Under the pieces are notes generated by a model. The model ran no database searches. It worked only from the letters and a program-made list of their open reading frames with translations, and was not told where the DNA came from. A program made the translations under genes and the position numbers. This document shows positions 51,233 through 64,000 of a stretch of DNA of 64,000 nt, piece by piece. The stretch is taken from assembly GCA_047967505.1 (NCBI GenBank), contig CM106538.1. The stretch is one strand, 5' to 3'. How positions within the stretch are numbered: position 1 is the stretch's first letter; each line of letters starts with the position of its first letter. The DNA comes from Dipteris shenzhenensis (Eukaryota).

Positions 51233-54200
51233 ATTTTATTGGACCCATAAGCCCAACAGCTAAGGGAACCGAGGCGAGAGCCAAATTCTTATATGAACAA
51301 GTCATCACATGGTTTGGATGTCCATTGGAGTTAGTCAGTGATGACTGAGGAACTCACTTCCTCAATGAAATGATAGCAATCCTGACTAGTGAGTTTATGA
51401 TCATACATAGGAAGTCAATGCCATACTACCCTAGAGAAAATGGCTTGGTCGAGAGCTCCAATAAAATGTGCTATAAGATCATTACATGTACAGTAGAAGC
51501 CAATCATACCGATTGGGAGCATAAGCTCATAGCAATTTTATGGGCCTACAGGACCTTCTACAAAGTGGTCACGCACTGTTACCCCTTCAACCTAGCCTTC
51601 GGGGTGGAGGCAGTGATGCCAATGGAGTATGTAGTGCCTAGCCTTCATCTTACCATTAAGGAAATACTTGCAAAGAATGCGTTAGCAGAATGGCTAGTTT
51701 ACCTCGAAAGGTTAGAAGAGATAAGGTTGCATGCAACCTACTCTCTCTGGGTAGAAAAGACCCGATGTAAGAAGTGGTTCGACTGCAACCTCAAGAACAA
51801 GGACCTGGCAGAAGGAGATTTGGCACTTCTATACAACGTCCATAATACTAAACGCAAGCTAAAGTACCGAGGTATGGGTCCCTACCATGTGGTTGAGATG
51901 ACTCCCCAAGGGTCATGCTAAATAGCCACCCTTGATGGGACAGAAATGGATGGCTATGTTAATGGAGCAAATTAAAAAGATACTATGGTTCACTTACTCT
52001 TTCCACCCTTCAAGTCGTGCATAGAGAAAAAGAACTCAAGGCTGAGGAAGCCAGATCCGTAACGCTAGGCTCTGACAATGTAAGCAAATCACACTACTTA
52101 AGGCAACGACTGAATAGATGCAACTAATAGATGAGTAAACAGTGGAGCCAGCTAGGTTGCTTGTTCAACTGCAGGTTCTGTGCATGTGCATCAAACCACT
52201 CATGGATCCAGGAGTGATCCACAACTTCATCTCCCGCAAGGTATGGGAAAAGATACAGGTACCCCTAACACCCCTCACGGTCGCTTCACTAAGAGCTATA
52301 AACGGCCAACTCCTACAAACTTTGGGTTTTGTGAATTTAAGTCTAACGGTTGTTCGTCAGGCAGTGGGGATATACAATTTTATGTTCTCCCCACAGAAGC
52401 AACTGAAGAACATATTATATTGGGAAGAACCTGGTGCTACACCGTGAACTGTCAAATTGACTGGCGTGCCTGGACTGCTTCACTCACAAATGGTGGAAGA
52501 ATGGTGGTAGTCCCGCTATGTGGACCAAGTCCTGCTCCTTTAGTTCCACCCTTGCCAGCCACCCTTGCCAGTCCACGACAACGAAGCTACACAAGAAGGC
52601 GGACCGGAAGCCCCCGCGACCTCCAACACCCCAAAAAAAGTCCCACCTCAACTGGAGAAGAAAGCCAGCCGTAGTGGTAAATCGGTGCCATTGCCCGCTC
52701 CACCACCACTATCGTCCTCCACTCAAGAAATTTGTGAACAGGCAAGTACAAGAGGTTATCCTCTGTGCCCAACGTCACTTCAATCGGACCAAATGCCCAG
52801 AGGAAGTCCACGCAACGCAGAAGACCCCAGTCGCCTCAGGGACGTCTCTTCCGAAACCATCCATTCCAAGAACAGGACCAAACTACCAGGTTGCGCTTCG
52901 AACCTCAAGCTCCAATCCATCTCATCCACCTCATCCACTACCACATCCCCCCAACAACTCAGTCAACACCAAACACTTAGGCGTCCAAAGCAAGGTCGTC
53001 GCTTGGGTCCCAAAGTCGAGGGTACCAATTGCGAAGGTTCGAAAGGCAAAAACACAAGAACTTGTGTCGCCCCAAGATGCAGCACCACAAGAACCTAGCA
53101 ATGAACTGAACGCAGTAGGCTAGCTCCAAATTACCGAGTATGCACTATTACCATAGTTCGAATCAACACAAATCTCACCAAGGTCAGCCAGGGAGCAGTG
53201 CAAGGGCCGACCCCTCCCCTACGAGGTGTTACATAAGAACCTTCCTCTAAAGGCAAACCCTCGAAAGTAATTGCTAATGTTACCCCTCTGACGGCACCGA
53301 CCTACTCATAAAAGCAAGGGTCTGCACCAAAGGGGGTCTCATAAGAACCCGCTTCCCCCAAGAAAACAGACCATGCCACAATGACTAATCCCAATGCTAA
53401 TGTGCCTCTGGCATCTAAGGCAAAACATAAGTTGGTCACTTACTCTACGTGGCTTTTAACACGCTATGTGGTAGCACAGCGTCTGCCCACACCACATTCC
53501 TCATAATCATCAGGTCTAAGTCTAGGTGAGTCAGTACGGTAGGCATCTCACCCGATGCACCCGCAGCTTACAAGTCACTGCCAAACACACACACACACAC
53601 ACACATCCACGGTTAGCACTAAGTGAATTAGCGTCGGTACGTACATTGTTGCATTTGTTCACCATCTTGCACGCTGGCCTCACAATCAATCCCACACCGC
53701 ACTAATGCACTCCCTCCCCCACTCACATTCAGACCCCCCCTCTTTTACTTCTCTACAAAGTCAGTATCCCGTCGGTCATGGCCACAGAAGTATCCCGCCG
53801 ACTGTCACCATCCTGGATCCCGTCGGGCAGTGCCATCAAATATCTCGTCGGTCATTTCTATAGAAGTATCCCACTGACCGTCGCCATCGGAAGATCTCGC
53901 CGACCATGGGGATGCAAAATCTATATAAACAGGCATGAGTCCCATCGGGTCATCGCCATAGCAGTTTTCCCCAAACTCTTGCAAATTTTATCCAGAATTC
54001 TCATAGCGTCCTGCCCTCTTCCACTGCCATCCAGAACAGCCTGTTTATGTCCTCCCGCTCTTCCTCGTCCACCGACTCCCTCATCACTCAACTGCCATCC
54101 CTCTTTTTGATGGATCTCGAATACGAGTTCTTTGAGTTTGAAACGGACTTGGGACTCCACCCCTGCCCTATCCCACAAGCCACTAGCCCTTCAGATTTCC

Positions 54201-56319
54201 AAAGCACTCTGTTTGCCATGATTCGCATGCCTTTCGAGATCCCCATAGAAGATTTGCAAGGGGAAGAAGAAGTGTCCAACAGGCATGCCACCCAAGAGGG
54301 TACAACAACAATTGTTACACCCCCCTCGAGATCAAGAAAGCGCACCCTGGTGCCATTAGCAGACGAGTACAAGGTCGTGCGCTCCCAATCGCACTCACCA
54401 CTTGGAGAAGCATGGCTCCAAGAATTGGACGCGTGCGTCGGGCACTCGCGCTTTACATACGAGGGTCATGACTATACCCTTCACTACCATACAGCAGCCG
54501 CCTATGCAGCACTGAAGCAGCCAGAGGTGGAAGAGTTGCTGGAGTGAGTAGAGTAGTAGCCCATCTCCCATGTCACTTGGACATCAAGCTGCTCGTAGAA
54601 TTCCTCCAAGCATACAACAACACAAACGCGGGCATCCTGCAAGATGCAGCAGTAGGCAATCCCCACCACTACCAAATCAATCACGATGTGGTACAGGTAG
54701 CCTTCAACCTGTCAGTCATCAGCGAGAAGTACTCCACAAAGAAGAGGCTAGACACCCTCAGCAAGGTGGTCTGCCACTAGACCGCCAGAAGAGCAAGGGC
54801 CGACTACAATTCACCGCCATTCACAAGCCCGGGGTGGAAAGACCAACAAGAGCCTTGCAATGGCTCATGCAAGTCAAGCACACAGACCACCATCAATCCG
54901 TCGTGCCAAATATCCTACTGTGCTTGGTGGAGCCCCAGGATACTAATTGGGCAAACTACTTCTGCAATCAAATGAGGGATGACCTCAAGATACATGGGGA
55001 AGTAATCAACAATCCCATGCTATACATGATGGTTCTCTACTACTTGTTGTAGCAGCATCCACCAGTCGGCTTCGGGTTGGCCAAAAAATCCACCACAGGG
55101 CCATTGCAGACAGAGCCTGAAGAGACAGAGGTCAAGCCCAAGCGAGCAAGGACAATGCCTAGTGCCACTCCGGCCAATCATGTGCAACTAGACCCAAGTC
55201 ATCTACTCGCACAATATGAGGACCGCCATATGCAAGAATTCATGTGCCAACAACTGCAACTCCATCAGGTAGATTCTCAAAACAAGCAAATGGGTTTAGG
55301 AGGACCCCATCCTCATCAAAGACTTCCAGGGTGACAAAACAATCACCATTGGCATCCATCCAAAAGCCAGAGCCACGCTGACCACTCTCGCTGCGCCCTA
55401 CGTCTTAGTCTCTACAATCCCCCAGGAGACCACATCCTTCGCAACCGACACCTCTTCCTCTCCATGGGCAGGCCTAGCAGAGTCCTTACAGTTCTATAGC
55501 ACGCCATAATACAGGGCACCACGTGGCTATAGCCACATGTCAGTCGAGCAATTATCGAGTGCGGACCTGATGGAACAGCACCTCTTTGAAGCCATGGCAC
55601 AACTCCCATAGGTCGCACGCAAAATTTTGCAGAGGAGGAATGAACAAGCCTCACAACTCTCAGCTAGTCTCCTTCAGGCACAACTCTCTGTGCATGACAG
55701 CCAATCCGTAATGGTTGCAGCCCACCAAGCCACGAACCAAGTAGCAGTACAAAGAGTAGAGGAGTACCATGCGAAAGCCGAGGAGCTCGAGCTAGCTCTT
55801 ACAAAACTCAAAGATGACCTCACTCGAAGGTCGGTCCAAGAAATCCTCACCTATTTTTGAGGGTGTGGCATCTACATGAGTAATCATCCCACCAAAAAGT
55901 GTCCCCCACCTTCGGGCTAGGCCAACACCCTATTATGGCCATTGTACTCGACTGGGAACCATGAGAACTCCCAATGTGGCTACCTAAAGGTTATCCCCTA
56001 GCCAATGTACCAACAAAGGCTGCCCATGATTTTGCCCAAACCACCAAACCTATCCAATCAGGGACAATTGACCATTGAAGGAGCCCCTCCTACCAACCAA
56101 GGGCAATATCAGACTCAAAACCTTTTGTTGCCTCTACCAATCCCAGGTCCTCAACTCCCATCACCTTGGATAACCCATATGAATCAAGTGATAATTCAGG
56201 AGCTGCCTAGTGCGTGGGAGGAACCAAAGCACGCTCTCTCAGGAAGTGACTCCTCACAATTTGGGAGTCCTCCATACCAATGCAGCTACATAAGTCATTG
56301 TATTTTGTAGGATGAACAA

Positions 56320-57040
56320 TATATCTTGGTCTATCAAATATCCCCCGCCTCAAAAAGTCCACGGACATGAACACCTTGCCCTATAGACCACCTATACATG
56401 AGTGGATAGGTGGTACTTAATTCAAGGTGAATTGAATGAATTGAACAATGGTTTCACATATGACATGTGGGTGGACCACTCGCTTTTTCTTTCTTTTCAT
56501 TCACCACTTTGGATGAGTCTCTATTTTGGAATGCATACTCATTCTTTGAGGCTACCCATGCAAAAAGTTATCTGGCACATAGACAGTTTACAAAAATGGT
56601 ACAATAGGCTCATCGGCCTTTGCTAGTGCAAGCCCGTGAGGATTTGGATATGGCTTGGATCTTTTTTGCCACAATGATACAATATGTTATTTAGTATGGC
56701 CACCAATATTTAGGGGAGCAAAGGCTCCGTGTCACATTGGGAAAAAAAAATACAAGACTACTCAGAAATGTGTCAGGTAAGAGCATTACATGATGCCGAG
56801 ATGCTTGAGTATCTAGAGGCAAGGACATGTTTAAGACAAAATGACCAATGTAAGCTTCAATTTCTTCAAAAGTCTACATACTTCTAGACAAAAACAATCC
56901 ATGGCTCAGGTTAAAAAATTGGATGGGACTTGGACAATGGATACCTTTGAGCTAGAAACAGAATGCTTGGACCACTTCAACCAATTGTTTATAGTACCAT
57001 TGCCACTTACCCACCTCGGATTGCAACTAAAAATCTATTT
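56320..57040 (+). mobile_element. L1-type ORF2 EN-RT linker remnant
   Basis: FFKSLH...KKLDGTWT...ECLDHFNQLF. Confidence 0.5.
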
Positions 57041-57049
57041 TTGGATACG

Positions 57050-57960
57050 ATAATGCCTATCATGCCTCCATAAGCTGCCTTCTCTTTTGACAATCAAGTA
57101 TATAATACATCCAATGAGCTTTGGATAGAACTTCTCATTTACTGTAAGCCTTATTGAATCTTTTGTAAGCTTCAAAATTTTCTTCATCGGAGTGGCTAGA
57201 ATCTTGTAGCTTCCCATATGAAACTTATTTAAAAGGCTATCCACATATTTATATTGCCTCATAAAGGGTTGCTTCAGTCTCTCCAAAAGTCAATGATGCA
57301 TAAGTCTAATAGATTTCATGTCAAAAAATATTTTATATTTCAGCTTAATTCATTGCTTCCTATCACAATCAAATCATCTATATACAAAAATGTAATGGTG
57401 ATGTCTTTTCGTGAACTTTGTAGAAGAGACCATGATTTGCATTAAAATTAGATCATCAAAATACTTGTCAATTCTACTATACCAACTTTTAGATATAAAC
57501 ACTTTCTTAAGTCAATAAACTTGATTCTTGTTTCCATGTTCAACATACCCTATGGCCGAAATCATTTTGGACATCTATCAAAATATGATGGAGTCCATCT
57601 TGGCTCTAGTGGTGCGTCAGTCTTATCATAACCTTGTTCGTACTCCTGTGCAAAACCTTGTCCACCAAGTCTTGCTTTGTATCTCTCAATGCTTCCATTT
57701 GGATTGTACTTGACTTTGTAAATCCCCTTACATTTGCAATCGCCTTCTTTCCTAGTAGTAAGGCGCATTAATCCCATTTCTTTCTTGTGCAAGGCATCCA
57801 TTTCTTTGTCCATGCAAGTTTGCCATTTTGGCTTGTCAATCACATCTTTTGTAGCAATAATGGTAGTTATGAGGACATAATTGGTGTTTTCCTCTAGGCG
57901 AATCTTCTGGCAACGTTGGCTCGTCTATACGAACCTTCTTTGAATATGATTTAGTTGTCG
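57050..57960 (-). mobile_element. Degenerate Copia RT
   Basis: WQTCMDKEMDAL; KVKYNPNGSIERYKARL; LIGCIIYL. Confidence 0.85.
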
Positions 57961-58129
57961 ATGTGAGTATCTCTTGTGTATTTGATGACTTTCATTGTTA
58001 TTCTTCATCAGACACTACCTTTTTGGAGATAATGACATTTTGATTGACATGATCATACAATTTGTGTGCTTTGCTTGCATCGTTGTAGCAAACCATGATT
58101 CATATCAAAGATGCATGGGATGAATCAAA

Positions 58130-58330
58130 CATTGTGTTTAGATAAAGAAAAGAATCAAGAAATTCAACTCACTATGGACTCCAAATGAATTTCAACAAAT
58201 CCTTGGCACAATTTGTAAACAAGATAAAGAGTATAATGACCTGATTGAAAGGCTTAGATGCAAAGATAGGACAAAAGGATGCACTTTCAATTCTCCTAAA
58301 AAGTATTCCTATGGTATACAATGCATTGGC
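58130..58330 (+). mobile_element. Copia gag remnant
   Basis: LAQFVNKIKSI...DALSILLKSIP (UBN2-like). Confidence 0.45.
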
Positions 58331-58334
58331 ACTT

Positions 58335-60330
58335 GCAGCCTTGAGGTTGCTCTACTGGGCTTTTTTTCGACGCTCAGGATGTAGAATTAGATATCAACAA
58401 AAAACACCAACAATCGAGGTTTGTGCTGTGTGGAGGAAACTATTTGAAGATGGTTGATTAAGCACTCAATCAAGAATATAAGTAATGCACAAAAATACAA
58501 GCAGCAACAACTCAACAATGTAAACATACTTGTATTAAAGTCTATTTAATTACAAACGGTTGTAGCCACAGAACTAATACTAAGACAATCCTTTATAATA
58601 TAAAGCATTTTTTCTTATACGAGTGGTTATTTGTTGTTAGGTTTAAGGCAATTCACAAATCAAATCCACCTCTCCTCAATTACTCAAGCTCCATGTGTGA
58701 AGAGGCCACATGTGGCCAATTTCCATCCCCAAATACCATATGGTATATGACATAAACATGCCATGTGGGTTAGGTGGAACAAAACTCTTGTTATTTGAGA
58801 AAACCTCTCTTTACCTTTAACACTAATTAAATCCTTACTTTTGAATCTTGTTCCCTCTTAGATTGAAATATTTGCCATGTGGGTTAGGTGGAACAAAACT
58901 CTTGTTATTTGAGAAAACCCCTCTTTACCTTTAACATTAATTAAATCCTTACTTTTGAATCTTATTCCCTCTTAGATTGAAATATTTGCAAGGGAATGTG
59001 AAAATGTGCTTATCAAGTTTAAAAATCCTCCACTGACACAACTTTTAACTTAGCCAATAACTTCTCCTCCCTATAGTCTTCTAACATAAGAACTCACTTC
59101 CACATCAATTGCTAGATCCAATAGCTGTGAAAGGGTCCACATAGAACCCAATGCAATGATGTATCACAAGAAGATCCTCTTAAGCTATTCATTTTGTATT
59201 AAGTTTGTCCAAATGATGTGAGATGGTTGCAGCATTCGATTCGACATCTAGAAAGGATTTAAGAAGATTGGAATGTATTCATGGCCATTGTTATGATATA
59301 TGTCACATTTAAAAGTCCTTATATCTATGAAGATGTATTTATTTCTACTACAAGAAGCATTTTTGGAATCTCTATGCAAAAATGGCATTCTATTCATGTG
59401 CATGAATGTGTTTTTTTTGTAATTGTTCATAGGACAAAGAAGTAATGCCATCTAAATATAACAAACAATCATTTTGCATAAGAAGTTGCATGTAATAGAA
59501 ACCAAAGTGTGTCATTGAATGCAAGAATCTAGAGTGGCTTATTGATCTTTTTGACCACTCCATAGAGCAGTTTGTCTTTATAATGATAGGCAATCTACAG
59601 CTTTGGACAATACGTAAGAGAATAAAAGAATCGAAAGAACAATTTTCTAGAATGTAGATTGCTACCCAATGAATTTTTTGAAATCTTCATGTGCAATGTA
59701 CATGAGCTTTGAGATCTTATAAGAGCATGTGAAATCTATTTAGTGTTTGGAATGCTTTGTAGGCATTAGATATCTACCCCAAACTATTATCTTTGCAAAA
59801 ACCTTTAAGGTTCCATAAAATTATATATCAATATTGACTTGAATGTTATCGTAAATATGGAGTCCTAGAATCTCCATATATAGTATACATATGAAAGAAT
59901 CCCCCTGCCTCCTTCCTGTCATACGTTATTAATGATGATTCAAAGGGATCACGCATGGTGGTGAAGGTATTTACATTGTTGCTTGTGCTTTTAGTGCAAT
60001 GGCTTACAACAAGGAGGGAGCACATTTTGCATGTAGATTTCAAATATATTTCAAAGAAGAGAAATATAAATTATAAACTTAAACTTTGAATCATGAGAAA
60101 TAAGACGGTAGGAAAACAAACTTGTGACGAAACATTATATGGATATGACAATGCCAAGGATCAAGAACAAAGATGACAATCAAGATTGGAGACCAATTTA
60201 TAAAAGACCACATAATATATTATCACTAGATATGGCTTAAAGAACATGTGGCAACACCATCAAGAATGCTCAAAACTCATTGATGCTTGTTAAGTTGACT
60301 ACCCTCCTTTTGCATTTAGAAGGGCATGTT
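58335..60330 (-). mobile_element. Very decayed Copia RT/RH plus LTR-like end with a 114-bp tandem duplication (58759-58989)
   Basis: RH-like remnants (WSKR..., KHIH). TGCCATGTGGGTTAGGTGGAAC occurs at 58759 and 58873. Confidence 0.55.
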
Positions 60331-60675
60331 GTGATACAATGTATGTAGAAATATTGATTAAATACGTACCTAATAAGACCATCCAATCTTACCCACACAA
60401 AAAAAAAACTTCATTATATCTCAGGCTTATATCCTAGTTATAATAGATGGAGTTCCTTCATGAGTCCACTTTTCACCTCTCAAACAGCTTCTAGAACCAG
60501 TAACCCACTAAAGTTTTGGCATCCACTCTAGATGAATCAGTATCTTCTCCTTCATTAGGCTTACCAAGCCATTTCTACATGTTTGCAATAAACAAACAAT
60601 GTTATACTCCTTTCCATCTTGAAAATACATATTCTTCCATGTTAAATTTGGAAATCACAAAAACACACCAAGAGC

Positions 60676-61010
60676 TAATTTGGTTTTACAAAAGCACACC
60701 AAAAGGTTGTGCTGCCCCCCAAGAGCTCAAGAGGTATCCTTGTCTCCACATAGATGATGGGTTTTAGTGTTGCAATTCAAGTGTGTAATGTACCTCATTT
60801 TTTAGTTAATTTGGTTTTTATAGAAGCACACCATAAGGTTGTACTGCCCTTAGAGTTCAAGAGGTGTCCTTGTTCTCCGCATAGATGATGGGCTTGAGTA
60901 TTGTGCTTCATATCTAATAACATGTAAGGTGGTGCTGCCCTAAGAGCTCAAGAGGTGTCCTTGTCTCCACATAGGTGATAGGCTGGACTGTTGCGCTTCA
61001 GATCTATTAA
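60676..61010 (+). repeat. Diverged tandem repeat, about 3 copies
   Basis: AGAG(C/T)TCAAGAGGT(A/G)TCCTTGT...CATAG.TGAT at about 60722, 60852 and 60943. Confidence 0.8.
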
Positions 61011-61566
61011 GCGTTAAGGTACCTTATTTTCACTTCTCTTGCCTTCTGAGATGCTAAATAATGACCATTTCGGCCACCAAAACCAGACCATCTAATTTGA
61101 CTTTCAACTTTTACTTGAAAGCTGTACACTCTTGTTCAACAAAAGCATCCAAAACGTGACCTTCGTTCAGATCCACTAGGCATTTCTGAATGTATGAACA
61201 CAAAGGCATGCAACATAAAATAGATCTTCTTTATACATATAAATAACTAAGAACTAAACTGACATCATATATGTCTACCTTCAATCTTATAAAAGTCGTA
61301 CATAAAACTTTGACTATAAGAATATAAAACTTAATGTTGAAGGATCAAGAGCCAATAGGCATTCCTTAAATACAAATTCATTGGCACTGGAGAAGTGAAC
61401 ATGCTTCTTTTACCAATAGCTTACATACGAGCAGACAATCTTGACAATAAGCGAGCTTTCAATGGGTTACACAATTGTGATAACCCAATATTTTGAGCGG
61501 CTGATCATTCTTGGAGAGAGAACAATCAGGATACATGACATGTGATAATTATTAAATGCTATTATG

Positions 61567-61788
61567 TCACTGCTCATATGATTTAATTACTCTCCGTCGC
61601 CATGTTGCTGTTGCAGCATCAAAGGACAATTCCCAAGTCGGCCAGTATTGCAAGTCCTGCTTCAAAGTTAGTACACGAGGTTTGCCATTCAAATGGACCG
61701 TTTTAACGCGAACAAACGCTCCATGCTCTAGCTCCTGATTCAACATGACATAAACCCTAGTAAGCTTCAGAAGTGTGAGTGAGTGAGT

Positions 61789-61858
<70 letters not shown>

Positions 61859-62336
61859 CTTTCTTTATAAAGTTGCAGAAAATGAGACCTTTGTTACTTG
61901 CACAAATGTCTCTAAATTAGGTGTTGGTTTCCCATTGACTTCCACAATCCATTGCAATGCATATAGACCATATCTATGAACTGGGCTTCCATGACACCAT
62001 CTGCATGCAGAAGCAAGCAAGAGATTCATATTGTCTTTGTGTTAGTAAAAATGAAAGAGCTACAGATGGTAGCTCACCATCCTAATTAAGTGTGAAACAT
62101 ATCCCATAAAGCTTGACTGTAACTTGAACCTTGAGGATAACATTTCTGGCATTTGAAAGAGAGATTTTGAGCACATACCTGGCAACATAAACTCCATGCC
62201 CTTCTTCGGGTAGAAAACCCAAAGCACGCACAGCTGGATGTGGATCTTGAACAACGCTTCCAGCCCAGCTAACCATTCTTGTTGTCCCAAATCCATGTCT
62301 CACGTCTGTTCCCACAACCACCTCCATCTCCATCCC
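61567..62336 (-). CDS. DEG7: Protease Do-like 7 (DEG7 / Nma111-like HtrA), last three exons: 62336-62179, 62000-61889, 61734-61567
   Basis: GT-AG splicing gives GTTRMVSWAGSVVQDPHPAVRALGFLPEEGHGVYVAR / WCHGSPVHRYGLYALQWIVEVNGKPTP / ELEHGAFVRVKTVHLNGKPRVLTLKQDLQYWPTWEL...*, matching the plant DEG7 C-terminus. Upstream exons lie beyond the window. Confidence 0.94.
61772..61857 (+). repeat. (GAGT)n(GT)n(GA)n microsatellite in the last DEG7 intron
   Basis: Direct read. Confidence 0.95.
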
Positions 62337-63139
62337 CTACGAGCATGATAAGAGTAAAAGATTAACTGAAAGATACATCAAGACCAAGTAAACATTTGTA
62401 ATTTCAGAGGGCTCCTCCTGAAAAAGAGAGATCATTAAACCTCAACAAGTATAGCTTGATCAGGCCTTTCCTACCTACATGTGCCCATCCATTCACACAA
62501 TTTGACCAGTGTCGAGAGTAAAAAATACAAGGGAAAGTCAAAAAATACAAGGGTAATTCAACAAGGTTACACGCAGGTTTTGAAGTTTGAAATCATAGTC
62601 ATGATGTGTAACAGAATCATTCTGGTCCACCGTGAAATATTCCCAGTCACACTCTCTATGTGATGATTAAGAACTTTTTGGCTGGGTACAAAGGGGAGGT
62701 GCTGGGATATGAGATCAAAAAAGACATGATCGTTGCCATCAGGTTCCTATGGCAAGGAAGGGAAAATTGCTTTCATTTCCTTACTCTGGGTTGCACAACC
62801 CACATTTTGCCTGCTTCATCCAAGCTTCTCAGGGTCTCTTTTTGCTGAGGATAATGATTTCTATATTATGTCATGTCAACAGATCAAAGTACATAAATCA
62901 AACGAGGATCAGGAACCCAAAACCCAGAACCCGTGAACCCAGAACAAATGGATCAGAAACACAGAGCAAATGAACCAAGGGCACAAGCCCGGAGCAGATA
63001 GACCTGGAGCCCGCCGAAACAAGTGAGCCGGGAACCCGAACCAGTGAACCCAGAACAGATGGGCCTACAGCCTGGCCCAAGCATCTCAGGACTTTACAGA
63101 TAGATACCCTAAAGCAAGGAAATGTAAGGGGAAACAAAA

Positions 63140-64000
63140 GAAGACAATTTAAGTAATCTCGGACATGCCCTTATAGGCTTTTGGCATTTGAGTGCCCCTC
63201 GGCTTCTAAGGTTGAAATCCTTTTTTCTCAGCCTTAGGCAACTCTTTCTTTTCAGACCTGGAAAAATCAGATTTCTTTCTTTCAGTAGGTCCCTGCCTGC
63301 AAAGATGGCACATCGGCAGGGTCCTGCATGTGCATAAGACTGGCTACAGAGGCTTAGTGCATTATATCATGTATGCCTTTTACACGCTGTGTATTAACCA
63401 TAGCCTGTATCTTTGGATTAAACCAGGCCTGTGCTTCCTGAGTTGGGATTCCTTAGAGATCTTTTTAGAAGGAGCAACCTGCAAATAGGCATCCCAAAAC
63501 TTGTCATTGTAGACCTCTACTGTATCCTTGCATCCATGTGAATTCCAATTTGAAGAGAACTCAAAGGTCTGTTGTGAGACATCACCTCATTGACCACTTC
63601 TTGGGCATCTATTCCGGCCTGTTATCCCCGGCGTACCTTTGATCTGATGAGTGATATCCCTTCCACACGAGACCGCAAACTCTCCCAACCAAGGAGGACA
63701 TGGTCTCTGAATTGCTTAGGCATGAAATGTTTATAGAAAGATTTCTTGAAGCCCTTCCATTTCTTTGGCGCTGAGCCATCTGTAGTTTGGGCACTCCACC
63801 ATGCATTAGCTGTCCCTCTCAATGCAAGCTGACCATGCGCAATTGGAAGACCCAGAAAAGTTTTTTGTGCCAAATGTGGCATCAAACTGCCTGATAAACT
63901 ACATAGCCTCCTCAGTATGACCATATTGGCCATTGAAGTTTACAGACTTCCCACCTTCATTGAATTCCCGAGGCTTTGCTGCCTTACTTGCTGCATGTCT
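63140..64000 (-). mobile_element. Ty3/Gypsy gag fragment in a DEG7 intron
   Basis: LRGTANAWW...WKGFKKSFYKHFMP (Retrotrans_gag-like). Confidence 0.75.

Larger units (their letters stand above)
50450..56310 (+). mobile_element. Ty3/Gypsy copy B: RT end, RNase H, IN (with deletions), extra protease-like domain, 3' extra ORFs
   Basis: LGHIVSRNGI, HIDASNFAIGCVL, NYTTTEREGL, DFIGP, LVSD, GLVESSN, GMGPY, LMDPGVIHNFIS...IILGRTW. Confidence 0.9.

Noticed and set aside
61791-61979. ORF with CVCV/ERER repeats
   Set aside because: Microsatellite translation, antisense to a DEG7 exon.

Overview
Eukaryotic land-plant nuclear DNA. A fern-like large genome is an inference from the TE-filled introns and TE families. 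Two convergent host genes are present. (1) A spliced NRAMP1/6-type metal transporter on + has 12 coding exons (5156-41404) with all GT-AG junctions and one uninterrupted frame (1509 nt, 502 aa; the first exon was not found). Its 8-11 kb introns are packed with Copia, LINE and solo-LTR insertions. (2) The last three exons of a DEG7/Nma111-like protease lie on - (61567-62336). The rest is mostly decayed Ty1/Copia, Ty3/Gypsy and L1/RTE sequence. The main oddities: a full-length intronic Copia (17290-23642, ATTCT TSD) carries a complete tRNA-Arg(UCU) plus 3' trailer inserted precisely in its RNase H catalytic motif, a 24-copy GTAC (SPL/SBP-type) array in its leader, and a hairpin-loop micro-inversion between its LTRs. 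Separately, two diverged Gypsy copies both carry a retropepsin-like domain downstream of the integrase.
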